NCBI GenBank assembly: GCA_021796515.1 | Contig: JAKACC010000003.1 | Span: forward strand, 458-64,457 | DNA from: an archaeon | GTDB taxonomy: Archaea > Thermoproteota > Nitrososphaeria > Nitrososphaerales > Gagatemarchaeaceae | DNA: 64,000 bases | Reading direction: 5' to 3' | Shown: piece after piece, positions 27,661 to 36,868 of the stretch | Position numbering within the stretch: the stretch's first letter is position 1 | Layout: each line of letters starts with the position of its first letter | Made by a program: the position numbers and the translations under genes | Notes under the pieces: generated by a model | The model's database searches: none | What the model was told of the DNA's origin: nothing | The model's input: the letters and a program-made list of their open reading frames with translations, nothing else

Positions 27661-28596
27661 ATGCATCCCCCCGACGAGCTGATGTCCGAGGTCTTCCTCC
27701 CCTCGGTACGGCAGCTGGTGGCCGCCCGGCTCCGCGCCCGGGGCTACTCGCAGAGCAAGATAGGATCCCTCCTCGGGACGACCCAGGCCTCGGTAAGCGT
27801 CTACCTTTCTTCAGATCGGGAGAGGGCCTACTCGCTCCTTTCCCGTCTCTCCGTCTCCAGGGCGGAAGCCGACAGGTACGCTGACCGCCTGGCCGAGGCG
27901 GCGGTCCTGAGCCCGGTCGACGGGGTGCGTGTACTGGCGGACATCTGGTCCTCGCTTCTTGCGAGAGGGTGGGCATGTGCCGCCCATCGTGGGATGTACC
28001 CGGCCCTCTCCGACTGCGACGTGTGCCTCCGGGAGTACGGCGGGCCCACGAGCTCCAGGGCTCGAGCTGTCGCGGAAGTCAAGGGAGCGGTGAAGATGCT
28101 GGAGGAGTCCCCCTGGTTCGTCGCCGTCATGCCCGAGGTCTCGGTGAACGTCGCCTGTGCCCCGGAGGACGCGGAGACCCCTTCCGACGTGGTGGCCGTC
28201 CCAGGGAGGATAGTGAGGGTGAGGGACCGGGCCAAGGCGATGCTCCCCCCCGAAGCCGGCGCGTCGGCTCACATGGCAAAGGTACTGCTGCTCGCCAGGG
28301 CGAGGCGGCCAGGCTTCCGGGCGTGCATCAATCTCCGCTATGACGGCGCCATGGCTGCGGTGATGAAGAAAGCCGGCCTGAAGGCGGTCGTCCTGGGAGG
28401 CCGTCGCACCGCGGGGCATGACGACCCCACGGTCGAGGCGCTGGCGAAGAGGCTGGGGTCATGGCGAGGGCCGTTCGACGCGGTAGTTGACGAGGGGGGA
28501 GCCGGGATAGAGCCCAACGTCTACCTGTTCGCCGGGGGCGCCCACGAGGTGGCGGGGTTAGCCATCAGGCTGGCGAAGGGGTACTCAGCGGGGTAG
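27661..28596 (+). CDS. HTH + ThiN-domain protein (ThiR-type thiamine regulator or ThiN thiamine-phosphate synthase)
   Basis: N-terminal HTH (RGYSQSKIGSLLGTTQASVSVYL). C-terminal ThiN-like domain (FVAVMPEVSVNVA...VVAVPGRIVRV...NLRYDG...GIEPNVYLFG-like). Confidence 0.7.
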   Translation: MHPPDELMSEVFLPSVRQLVAARLRARGYSQSKIGSLLGTTQASVSVYLSSDRERAYSLLSRLSVSRAEADRYADRLAEAAVLSPVDGVRVLADIWSSLLARGWACAAHRGMYPALSDCDVCLREYGGPTSSRARAVAEVKGAVKMLEESPWFVAVMPEVSVNVACAPEDAETPSDVVAVPGRIVRVRDRAKAMLPPEAGASAHMAKVLLLARARRPGFRACINLRYDGAMAAVMKKAGLKAVVLGGRRTAGHDDPTVEALAKRLGSWRGPFDAVVDEGGAGIEPNVYLFAGGAHEVAGLAIRLAKGYSAG

Positions 28597-30228
28597 AGCC
28601 ATGGCCTTCTCCCTCCGCCTTCCATGCTCCTGGGCTCTCTCCACACATGCCTTCAGGAAGGCGACGTAGATCGGCTCGGGCTCTTCGGGTCTGCTCACAT
28701 ATTCAGGGTGGTACTGGGTCCCCATGTAGAAGGGGTGTCCCTCGAGCTCCATTATCTCCGCACGCCTGTGGTCGTCGCTGAAAGCGGTGTACCTCATGCC
28801 GTTCTCCTCGAACCTCTTCAGGTACTCTTGGTTGAGCTCGAACCTGTGCCTATGCCGCTCCCTGATCTTCCCCTTCCCGTAGATGTCGAAGGCCCTGCTG
28901 GGCTTCTCGATGTAGACATCGTGCCCCCCCAGCCGCATCGTCCCCCCGAGGTCGGTGACTTTCCTCTGTTCAGGCAGAAGGTCGATCACGGGGTACGGAG
29001 TCCGCGGGTCGACCTCGGTGGTGTTGGCCCCCTTCAGCCCCAGGACGTTCCGGGCGAAGGAGACGCTCGCCAGCTGGAACCCGTAGCAGAGCCCGAGGAA
29101 CGGGACGCCGGCTACCCTCGCCCTGTCGGCAGCCGCAATCTTCCCCTCGATCCCCCTCCCCCCGAACCCCTGCGGGATGACCACGCCGTCGTAGGCGTCG
29201 ATGAGGCCAAGCTTCGAGCCGTCCCTCTCGGTCTCCTCCGACTCGATCCACGATATCCGCACGTCGACCCTGTTCGCCGCCCCGGCGTGTGCCAGCGCCT
29301 GGTTCACGCTGACGTAGCTGTCCGCCAGGTTGGCGTACTTCCCCACCATGGCTATCCTCACCGCTGAGCCGTGCTCCCTGAAGGCATCAGCGACGGAATT
29401 CCATCCGCGCATCTCGGCTTTCCCTCGGAGGCCCAGCTGCCTCCGGATGGGCTTCAGCACCCCCTCCCTCTCCAGGAGCCGGGGGACCAGGTAGATCGAA
29501 CTCACGTCCGGGTCTGAAACGACGCTCTCGGCGGAGACGCTGGTGAACAGGGCGATCTTCTCCTTCGCGTCTGCCGGGAGCGCCCGGCTTCCGCGGATGA
29601 CTATGACGTCAGGCTGGACCCCTATCCTCCTCATCTCCTGGACGCTGTGCTGCGTGGGTTTCGTCTTCATCTCCCCCACCACCGAGAGCTCGGGAGCCAG
29701 GCTCACGTGGAGGAAGAGGGTCTTCGCTGGCCCGTCCTCCATCCTCATCTGTCTGAACGCCTCCAGGAACGGAAGGCTTTCGATGTCGCCCACCGTCCCT
29801 CCGCACTCTACGACGAGAACGTCCACCCTTTCCTTGGCCGCCAGGTCGCGTATCATCCTCTTGATCTCGTCCGTCACGTGGGGGATGATCTGCACCGACT
29901 TGCCGAGGAACCTCCCTTTCCTCTCGTCGTCGATGACCTTCTTGTACACCTGCCCTGTCGTAATATTGTTGGCCCTGGTCATATCCCTGTCGAGGAACCG
30001 CTCGTAGTTGCCGATGTCCATGTCTGTCTCCCCGCCGTCGTCCGTGACGAACACCTCCCCGTGGGTGTAGGGGTTCATCGTCCCCGCGTCGAAGTTCAGG
30101 TACGGGTCTATCTTAAGGCAGGACGCGCGGACGCCGGAGAGCTGGAGGAGCTTCGCGACCGACGACGTGATTATCCCTTTCCCGAGGCCAGACATGACCC
30201 CTCCGGTCACAAAGAGATACTTCGGCAT
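28585..30228 (-). CDS. pyrG: CTP synthase
   Basis: MPKYLFVTGGVMSGLGKGI N-terminus and glutaminase-domain GLCYGFQ; 547 aa. Confidence 0.97.
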   Translation of the reverse strand: MPKYLFVTGGVMSGLGKGIITSSVAKLLQLSGVRASCLKIDPYLNFDAGTMNPYTHGEVFVTDDGGETDMDIGNYERFLDRDMTRANNITTGQVYKKVIDDERKGRFLGKSVQIIPHVTDEIKRMIRDLAAKERVDVLVVECGGTVGDIESLPFLEAFRQMRMEDGPAKTLFLHVSLAPELSVVGEMKTKPTQHSVQEMRRIGVQPDVIVIRGSRALPADAKEKIALFTSVSAESVVSDPDVSSIYLVPRLLEREGVLKPIRRQLGLRGKAEMRGWNSVADAFREHGSAVRIAMVGKYANLADSYVSVNQALAHAGAANRVDVRISWIESEETERDGSKLGLIDAYDGVVIPQGFGGRGIEGKIAAADRARVAGVPFLGLCYGFQLASVSFARNVLGLKGANTTEVDPRTPYPVIDLLPEQRKVTDLGGTMRLGGHDVYIEKPSRAFDIYGKGKIRERHRHRFELNQEYLKRFEENGMRYTAFSDDHRRAEIMELEGHPFYMGTQYHPEYVSRPEEPEPIYVAFLKACVERAQEHGRRREKAMALPR

Positions 30229-30273
30229 ATACCAGCGGTTCGGATTCGATAGTTAAGGGTTACGAGGGTTCTG

Positions 30274-31269
30274 TCACTGGGCCTGCTGCGTGATCACAGC
30301 CAGGTCGGACACGTCCACTAGTAGCCGGCTCACCCTCTCGAGGGGCGCGAGGACCGCGGCAGCGTCGGCTCCGTCGGTTCCCCAGACCTTAGCCACCGAT
30401 GCGAGCTGCAAGGTGACCTCCCTGGAAAGGGCTTCCATCTTCCTGTTGATGGTCCTGGGCTTCCCAGCCCGCCTCGACAGGAACCCCTGGGTGGCCAGCC
30501 CGTTCATCTCTCTCATCTTCCTGATGCAGGCGACGTATTCTCTGGCTGCCTGCCTTGGCACCCTCTTCTCTCTGAGCTCCAACGAGAGCTCGCTCACCGC
30601 GTCCCCTGCGCTCTCAAGGAAGCTAGCCAGCACCCGGTAGTCCAGCAGGTCCACGGGAGTCAGCCCGTACCTCTCCGCGACCTCCGGTCTGACCACCGCC
30701 GCCCGGGTCGCCCTCACCAGGAGGAAGTAGAGCCTGTCGACCTCGTCATCCCTTTCGTTCACCTGCCCGAGGAGCTTGGCGTCCCGCTTCCAGAGGGCCT
30801 CGGCAGCGTCGGCCAGCATCCCGTCGAGGAGCCCCGACATCCGCCTGACGATGTTGTCCGGGGTGATTGCCGTAGGCTCGAGGAGGAACTGCAACGTGAT
30901 GCTCCTGGACTCCTCGTCGAGGATCTCAAGCCCGACCAGTCTCTTCATCGTGTCTCTTATGACCTGTCTGTCCTCTCTGGATATCGCCCTGGCGCCGGCG
31001 ACCTTGATCAGGTCGGACCCGAGCAGGTAGGCCCCCGTCACGTCGTTGGCGACCTGGTCTATGTCTCCCCCCATGTATCCGATCACCACCTGCTTCTGTG
31101 CCTCCTCCCGTCCCCCGTAGGGCTTCACCAGCAGCTTCCGTGGGGATATCTCTTCCACCGAGATGTCGTCCCCCTTCCTTATGCCGTTCTTCTTCACCCA
31201 CTCCTTTGGGAGCGAGACTAGGATGGTGCTCTCTCCCATCTCGATAGCCTTCCTGGCCGGCACGAGCAC
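30274..31269 (-). CDS. PhoU-family phosphate uptake regulator with N-terminal AbrB/SpoVT domain
   Basis: GESTILVSLPKEWVKKNGIRKGD (AbrB-type) followed by two PhoU-like helical repeats. GTG start. Confidence 0.85.
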   Translation of the reverse strand: MLVPARKAIEMGESTILVSLPKEWVKKNGIRKGDDISVEEISPRKLLVKPYGGREEAQKQVVIGYMGGDIDQVANDVTGAYLLGSDLIKVAGARAISREDRQVIRDTMKRLVGLEILDEESRSITLQFLLEPTAITPDNIVRRMSGLLDGMLADAAEALWKRDAKLLGQVNERDDEVDRLYFLLVRATRAAVVRPEVAERYGLTPVDLLDYRVLASFLESAGDAVSELSLELREKRVPRQAAREYVACIRKMREMNGLATQGFLSRRAGKPRTINRKMEALSREVTLQLASVAKVWGTDGADAAAVLAPLERVSRLLVDVSDLAVITQQAQ

Positions 31270-31334
31270 ACGGGACCTCCTGCTCTCTATAACCCTTCTA
31301 GAGATGCGCGGACGCGGCCGAAGGGACAGGTAGG

Positions 31335-31646
31335 CTAACGGGGCTGCGGAGCGGCTGGTTTGTTCACCTGCTTGTTGACCGCGTCAGCCAGGTAGTGGCC
31401 GCGGAGCGTCACCTTCGCGTCGGTCACCCCTGGAACCGAAAGGAGCCCCGCCTTTATGTCGACGGCTATCTGGAGGGCGAACATCGGAGGGCAGAAGGGG
31501 GCGGTCAGGTGGAACTCGAGGTCTACGGAGGTCCCCGTGACAGAGAGCCTGTCTATCAACTTGAGGTCTGTGATCGGCTTCCCGAGCTCTGGGTCCATGA
31601 TCTTGGACATGGCCTCGTCGATGGCCGACTGTTCGACCTGTGACAA
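31335..31646 (-). CDS. DUF59/MIP18-family Fe-S cluster assembly protein
   Basis: IMDPELGKPITDLKLI...LTAPFCPP pattern; 103 aa. Confidence 0.8.
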   Translation of the reverse strand: MSQVEQSAIDEAMSKIMDPELGKPITDLKLIDRLSVTGTSVDLEFHLTAPFCPPMFALQIAVDIKAGLLSVPGVTDAKVTLRGHYLADAVNKQVNKPAAPQPR

Positions 31647-31670
31647 ACCTTTTCCAAGGCTCTCAACTTC

Positions 31671-31678
31671 TTATTTAT
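31671..31678. promoter_or_regulatory. shared TATA-like box TTATTTAT between divergent genes
   Basis: Its ends lie 25-32 nt from the start at 31646 (-) and 29-36 nt from ATG 31707 (+). Confidence 0.4.
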
Positions 31679-31706
31679 CCGTTTCAGCACCTGTGGAGAC
31701 GCGAGG

Positions 31707-32324
31707 ATGTCAGGGATAGCCTCTTTCTTTGCCTTCGACACCGCGCTCTTCCTGGAGGCGTTCGTACTCCTCTTCGCCGTCGTGGACGCCGTCGGGACCG
31801 TCCCCATCTTCATCGGGCTGACGGAAGGATATTCCGGGTCTAGGAGGAAGATCGTGAAGCATGCCGTGGTAATCTCAACGGTCATCCTGGCGCTCTTCGC
31901 GCTCTTCGGGTGGCTCATCTTCGACATCTTCGGAATCAACATAAACGACTTCCGGGTGGCCGGAGGGATCATACTCTTTGCCGTCGCTGTGGACCACCTG
32001 AAAGGGGAGGGGGACCGCTCCAGGGGGCTGGAGCCTTCAAACATAGCCGCCTTTCCCCTGGCGACCCCGCTGCTCGCCGGCCCCGGCGCCATCTCCACTG
32101 TGGTCATCATCTCAGCGCCTCCCTACAGCCCCTTCCTCGCCCTGCTGGTGGTGGCCGCCAACGGTGCCCTGACCTACGCGGTGCTTTCAAGCTCGGACTG
32201 GGTGAGGAAGTTCCTTGGTCAGAACGGGACCGTGGCCCTGTCGCGGATAACGGCCCTCCTGATAGCCGCCCTGGCCGTCTCTTTCGTGGCAGTGGGGCTG
32301 AAAGGCCTCTTTCCCGGCCTGTAG
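31707..32324 (+). CDS. MarC-family (UPF0056) integral membrane protein
   Basis: FVLLFAVVDAVGTVPIFIGLTEG N-terminal signature; 6 TM helices; 205 aa. Confidence 0.85.
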   Translation: MSGIASFFAFDTALFLEAFVLLFAVVDAVGTVPIFIGLTEGYSGSRRKIVKHAVVISTVILALFALFGWLIFDIFGININDFRVAGGIILFAVAVDHLKGEGDRSRGLEPSNIAAFPLATPLLAGPGAISTVVIISAPPYSPFLALLVVAANGALTYAVLSSSDWVRKFLGQNGTVALSRITALLIAALAVSFVAVGLKGLFPGL

Positions 32325-32603
32325 GTGGTGCAGGTGCCTCGCGCGGTGAGGGTGAAGATACGCGGGATAGTCCATGGGGTGTCGTTCCGCGCGAGCATGG
32401 CCATGATGGCGACTGACCTCGGGGTCCGAGGGTGGGTGAAGAACCTCCCGGACGGCACCGTGGAGGCGTTTCTGGAGGGAGACGATAGGAGCGTCGGGCG
32501 GGTCATCGACTGGGCCAGGGTCGGCCCGCCCCGGGCGAGGGTCGACGGCGTGGCCACGCAGGACGCGGCGCCCCGGAATTACAAGGGCTTCCGCATCCGC
32601 TGA
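32325..32603 (+). CDS. acyP: acylphosphatase
   Basis: VRVKIRGIVHGVSFRASM...LGVRGWVKNLPDGTVEAFLEG matches the acylphosphatase signature; 92 aa. Confidence 0.88.
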   Translation: MVQVPRAVRVKIRGIVHGVSFRASMAMMATDLGVRGWVKNLPDGTVEAFLEGDDRSVGRVIDWARVGPPRARVDGVATQDAAPRNYKGFRIR

Positions 32604-32612
32604 CGGGAGCGG

Positions 32613-33902
32613 TCAGCCCTTCTGGTGGGCTACCCACCTCTCTTCGAGGCGGGGGTCAGACAGCGCGGAGACGACGTAATCTCCGAACTGTGACGCCTTG
32701 GCTCCGTCGGCGCGGCCGGTCACCTTCAACCTCTGTTCGTAGACCCCGCAGACGTCGAGCGCCATGGAGAGCCTCCTGCTCTTCTCCAGCATCCCGACGT
32801 GCTCGAGCAGCATCACCCCGGCCCTCATAAGACTCAGGGGGTCGGCGTACTCCTCTCTCCCTTCCGCCACCATCCTCGGGGCGGACCCGTGTATCGCTTC
32901 GAACATGCCGAACCTCGCGCCGATGTTAGCGCTTCCCGCCGTCCCCACGCCGCCCTGAAGTTCGGCCGCCTCGTCGGTGACAATGTCGCCGTACAGGTTC
33001 GGGAGCACCACCACCTCGAACTCCCTCCTCCTTTTCTCGTCGATCAGCTTCGCGGTGAAGACGTCCACGTACCACCCGTCCCAGTTGATCTCAGGGAAGT
33101 CCTTGGCCACCTTCTTCGCCGTCTCCAGGAAGAGTCCGTCTGTCGTCTTGATGATGTTTGCCTTGGTGACTACCGTCACCCTCCTCCTCCCTGTCTTCCT
33201 GGCATGCTCGAAGGCCAGTCGGATGATCCTCTGGCTCCCAGGCCGGGTGACGACCTTGAAGTCCACTGCCAGGTCCGGCGTTACCATGATGCCCTTGCTC
33301 CCGAGGACGTACTCTCCTTCGGTGTTCTCCCTGAAGAAGACCCAATCTATCCCCTGGGACGGGACCTTCACGGGTCTCACATTGGCAAAGAGGTCGAACG
33401 CCTTCCTGATGGCTATGTTGGCGCTCTCGATGTTAGGGAGACCGCTCCCTTCGTCCGGGGTTGTGGTCGGCCCCTTCAACAGGACGTGGCACTTTTTGAT
33501 CTCCTCGAGGACCTCGTCCGGAAGAGGCTTCGACTGCTTCGCCCTGTTCTCGATGGTCAGCCCCTGGATCTCGCGTATCTCCACCCTCCCTGACTTCAGC
33601 TCGCCCGAAAGGAGGACCTCGAGGACCTTCTTCGCCTCCTTGGCTATCGTTGGCCCGATGCCGTCCCCTCCGACCACCCCTATGACGAGCCTGTCTAACG
33701 TGGCGTAGTCTAGCCACTCGGTGGGCTTCCCTATCCTCTCCACCCTCTCCGCCTGTTCTTTCAAGAGCCCCCGGAACCGGTCTATGGCCGCTTCGAAAGG
33801 CAGGTCTCGCTCAGGCATCGCAGCTCCGGCCTTCTGCAACTCCATTAAAGCCTGCTCTCGAAGCCGGCTCAGGGACTTTGGCCGTGGTGCTGCCTCCGCC
33901 AA
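32613..33902 (-). CDS. isocitrate/isopropylmalate dehydrogenase-family enzyme
   Basis: GGDGIGPTI, FRENTEGEY and NLYGDIVTDEAAELQGGVGTAGSANIG motifs. True start uncertain: internal ATG, TTG and GTG candidates exist. Confidence 0.85.
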   Translation of the reverse strand: MAEAAPRPKSLSRLREQALMELQKAGAAMPERDLPFEAAIDRFRGLLKEQAERVERIGKPTEWLDYATLDRLVIGVVGGDGIGPTIAKEAKKVLEVLLSGELKSGRVEIREIQGLTIENRAKQSKPLPDEVLEEIKKCHVLLKGPTTTPDEGSGLPNIESANIAIRKAFDLFANVRPVKVPSQGIDWVFFRENTEGEYVLGSKGIMVTPDLAVDFKVVTRPGSQRIIRLAFEHARKTGRRRVTVVTKANIIKTTDGLFLETAKKVAKDFPEINWDGWYVDVFTAKLIDEKRRREFEVVVLPNLYGDIVTDEAAELQGGVGTAGSANIGARFGMFEAIHGSAPRMVAEGREEYADPLSLMRAGVMLLEHVGMLEKSRRLSMALDVCGVYEQRLKVTGRADGAKASQFGDYVVSALSDPRLEERWVAHQKG

Positions 33903-34633
33903 AGGGCCCTCAGGACAGGGATTGACACGAGGGAACCCACTGCGGTGAAGAACGTCCTTTCGACCGGGTACAGGGGGAAGAACAACGGGACGATGTTCCG
34001 CCAGGCCTGCTCTGACAACGTCCTGAAGACCCTGACGGAGAGCTCTTGGCCGACCAGGGTCCCGGTCAGCTGGCCGCAGAGGAGGGCCCCGAACGTCACA
34101 CCCACCACGAACGCCGGGTTGAGCCTCGAAATCCTACCTCTCCCTTCAAGATAGAGTACCCCGCCCAGAGGCACCAGCGACAGCATGTGGAGCCAGGTGA
34201 AAGGGATGCCGTAGACGAAGAGGCGCGAGATGGGGTCCGCCCAGTAGAGGGCGATGACGGCGACCGGGAGGGCGACGGCGGCCTTCCTCTTGCCGGTGTA
34301 AGCCAGCCCTGCGACCGCGACCGCCGCTAGGTCGGCGACGATGATGGAAATCCCCGTGGGGAGGACAACTATCCCCGCGTACACGTCGAGGAGGTCTCCG
34401 ACCAGCACAGCGAACCCCCCCACGAGGGGCCCGAAGACCATCCCCGCCAGCGGGGTGGTGAAGTTGCTCGCGGTGAGGAAGTTCCCGGACCCGAGGACCA
34501 GCCTGGAGACGGGGATGGCGCCCAGGACGGCGTAGAGAGCGGCGAAGACGGAAGCAGAGGCCACCAACGCCGTCCTGCGTTTGACGCTCAGCAAGCAGCG
34601 GGGCTCATGAGAGTGCGGTCTTAACACTTTCAT
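33869..34633 (-). CDS. multi-TM membrane protein (S-component-like), function unknown
   Basis: 254 aa, 6-7 hydrophobic helices. Same strand as, and immediately upstream of, the dehydrogenase gene. Confidence 0.5.
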   Translation of the reverse strand: MKVLRPHSHEPRCLLSVKRRTALVASASVFAALYAVLGAIPVSRLVLGSGNFLTASNFTTPLAGMVFGPLVGGFAVLVGDLLDVYAGIVVLPTGISIIVADLAAVAVAGLAYTGKRKAAVALPVAVIALYWADPISRLFVYGIPFTWLHMLSLVPLGGVLYLEGRGRISRLNPAFVVGVTFGALLCGQLTGTLVGQELSVRVFRTLSEQAWRNIVPLFFPLYPVERTFFTAVGSLVSIPVLRALWRRQHHGQSP

Positions 34634-34699
34634 GGCCGTCCCTCTCGGGGCGGCTTCCCTCTGCCAAGGTTTTTAGCGGAAACCCATGGACCTCTCACT

Positions 34700-35227
34700 A
34701 TGTCCTCCCAGGACTCCGATGTGAAGAAGGCCGCCGAGCTCAAGCTCTGGCTGGAAGGGAGGATAGCGCACTTGCGGGAAGAGATAGACAGGCTCAACGA
34801 GACCCTCGAGTATGTCGACGCGACTCTCAGGGCGTCCACCTTCAGGCCCGCCATAGAGATGCTCGCGGAGTCGAGGGAGGCCCCTGAAGTCAGGAGCCTC
34901 AAGCGGGACAAGGGCGGAGACGTCATCGCGACCGCTTCGATCACCGCGGATGCCGTGTCGGTGGAACCCTCCGGGGTCGTCTTGAAGAGCGCAACCCCCC
35001 CTTTCAAGTCGTTCCTCCTTGGGAAGATACTGCAGGGGATGAAGGCCAAGGACGACGAGCTCGTGAAGGGCGGGAAGCTCCCCAAGGGGTCGGAGCTGCG
35101 CTTCGACGTCGAAGAGTCCAACGGCTCCATCAGGAAGCTGATCATCGAGAACTACAGGGAAAGTGCCCGGCTCAACGAAATCCTCAGCACGGTGGCCTGG
35201 ACCTTCTCCAGGATGCTCGAGAAGTAG
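34700..35227 (+). CDS. hypothetical protein with N-terminal coiled coil
   Basis: 175-aa ORF with ordinary composition. GGTTTTTAGC box 27-34 nt upstream of the ATG. No family recognised. Confidence 0.5.
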   Translation: MSSQDSDVKKAAELKLWLEGRIAHLREEIDRLNETLEYVDATLRASTFRPAIEMLAESREAPEVRSLKRDKGGDVIATASITADAVSVEPSGVVLKSATPPFKSFLLGKILQGMKAKDDELVKGGKLPKGSELRFDVEESNGSIRKLIIENYRESARLNEILSTVAWTFSRMLEK

Positions 35228-35290
35228 ACCCCGCCACGGCAGTCTGTCTGCGCCCGACGATGGCGCGGTGGGGCCGGCTGGAGCCCGGCA

Positions 35291-36247
35291 CTACGACCTC
35301 ATCACTTGGGCCAAAGTCGGAGGGACCGGCTCAGGGCTTTGGAGGTACAGCCTCGCGGCCCTGTTGGCGAACCCCAGGCGCTCCCGCTCGTCCATCCCGT
35401 CGAGCCGTCCGAATATCGAAGCCGCGTCCCATACGTCCCCTGCGCCAGTCAGCCGCTTCGTCCGGATCACCCTCGTCCTTCTGGCGGTGACACGGGTCCC
35501 CTCGCTCGTGAACGAGGAGTCTACGCAGTGCACGTCCAACACGACCCCTAGCTTTCTGGCAAGGCGCAGGCAAGCCTTGGCTCTGTCAGGCTCGTCTATC
35601 CCCGCAGCGCCTGCCGCCGTCCTCGCCTCGTACTCGTTCATGCTGACCCAGTCTGCCAGCCGTCGCCGCTTCATCGATGCCAGCAGTTCTGCGAACCTCC
35701 CGGGCTGGTCGCGGAAGTCCGCGAGGTCCACGAAGATGGTCTTCTCCTCCCCCAGGCGCCTTCTGAGGGCCGAAAGCAGCTCCGTCCCTCTTCTGTTCGC
35801 CGCCCAGTTGACGGAGCACACCACCCTGGAGCCTGCCAGGTCCCTCCAGTCTGACTCGTCCAGGAGGGACGGACCGAAATCAGAAGCCCCTCTGCCGTCG
35901 CCGAGCATCACGTTGACGTCCCCCTCGATGGCCACGGTGAGCCCTGCGGGGAGAGGCTTCACCCTGACCGCCACCTTCAGCCCCTGGAAGCTCTTCCTCA
36001 GGAGATGTTCATGGACCCTTTCAGAGTGGGTTATCAGAAGGGTCCTGAGTCCCAGCCTGCAGAGGGCGTGGGCCAGGTTGACCGCGTTCCCACCCCTGAT
36101 CTCCTCCTGAACGACTCCGTGAATCCCTCCGCCCCCCTCCGCTGCCTTGCGGGAGACTTCGCCCACGATGCCGTCTATCCCCTCCGCGTGGACAAGCCTG
36201 TCGACGAAGTAGTCGTGCATCACCGCTACGTCGAACCTGGGCGGCAT
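35291..36247 (-). CDS. PfkB-family carbohydrate/nucleoside kinase
   Basis: C-terminal TGAGDVWDAA (PfkB signature 2) and overall ribokinase-like length (318 aa). Confidence 0.85.
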   Translation of the reverse strand: MPPRFDVAVMHDYFVDRLVHAEGIDGIVGEVSRKAAEGGGGIHGVVQEEIRGGNAVNLAHALCRLGLRTLLITHSERVHEHLLRKSFQGLKVAVRVKPLPAGLTVAIEGDVNVMLGDGRGASDFGPSLLDESDWRDLAGSRVVCSVNWAANRRGTELLSALRRRLGEEKTIFVDLADFRDQPGRFAELLASMKRRRLADWVSMNEYEARTAAGAAGIDEPDRAKACLRLARKLGVVLDVHCVDSSFTSEGTRVTARRTRVIRTKRLTGAGDVWDAASIFGRLDGMDERERLGFANRAARLYLQSPEPVPPTLAQVMRS

Positions 36248-36248
36248 C

Positions 36249-36755
36249 TTACTTCAGGATCTTTATGCTCCTAACGACCTTCAGCGAGTGGAGCTCTTCC
36301 ATCGCCCGGCCGGTGAGCTCTCCCTCCACCACGAGGGTCATCTTTGCCTCCGAGACCATCTCGGGGTCTTCGGCGACCGCCTGCCTCACCACCATCCCGT
36401 GCCGCGAGAGTATCTCCGCGACCGCGGCCATGATCCCCGAAGACTTCGGGTCAGCCTGGACCACGATACCGGTGTAGCCGAGCTCCCTTACCAGGTCGAC
36501 CAGGCTGGTCCCAAGAGGCTTCGTCTTGGAAAAGAGGGAATACAGGTACCCATTCCTGCGGATCTGCTCCACTGTCTGCTTCACCACGCGCCTGTCCACG
36601 TCCACGGCCCGGGCGACCGCGGAGTAGTCCACCTCGACGCCGTCGACATAGATCTTTTCGTCATCGGACACCCTCATCCCGCACTCGATCATCTTCTTGA
36701 CGACGTCCGGCCGCACGACCTGCCTCTCGAACTGCTTCCGTACGTTGGCCCACAC
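36249..36755 (-). CDS. ACT-domain regulator of amino-acid metabolism (COG2150-like)
   Basis: N-terminal HTH-like part plus a C-terminal ACT-like fold (GIVVQADPKSSGIMAAVAEILSRHGMVVRQ). Its stop lies 1 nt before the PfkB start. Confidence 0.7.
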   Translation of the reverse strand: MWANVRKQFERQVVRPDVVKKMIECGMRVSDDEKIYVDGVEVDYSAVARAVDVDRRVVKQTVEQIRRNGYLYSLFSKTKPLGTSLVDLVRELGYTGIVVQADPKSSGIMAAVAEILSRHGMVVRQAVAEDPEMVSEAKMTLVVEGELTGRAMEELHSLKVVRSIKILK

Positions 36756-36868
36756 GAAACCATGTCCGGAAGTGTGCGCTATTGAGCATTTCCAGCTCGC
36801 GGAAGCAGGATTCAGATGTACAGATGTGGGCAGGATCTGATTTAATCCTCGGAAGGGCGGCCTCGTCC

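Noticed and set aside
33687-33902. Apparent 70-aa N-terminal extension of the ICDH/IPMDH-family enzyme, overlapping the upstream membrane-protein gene
   Set aside because: In-frame ATG (aa 29), TTG (aa 47) and GTG (aa 54) candidates would give a normal-length N-terminus before GGDGIG. The extension is most likely a longest-ORF artefact.
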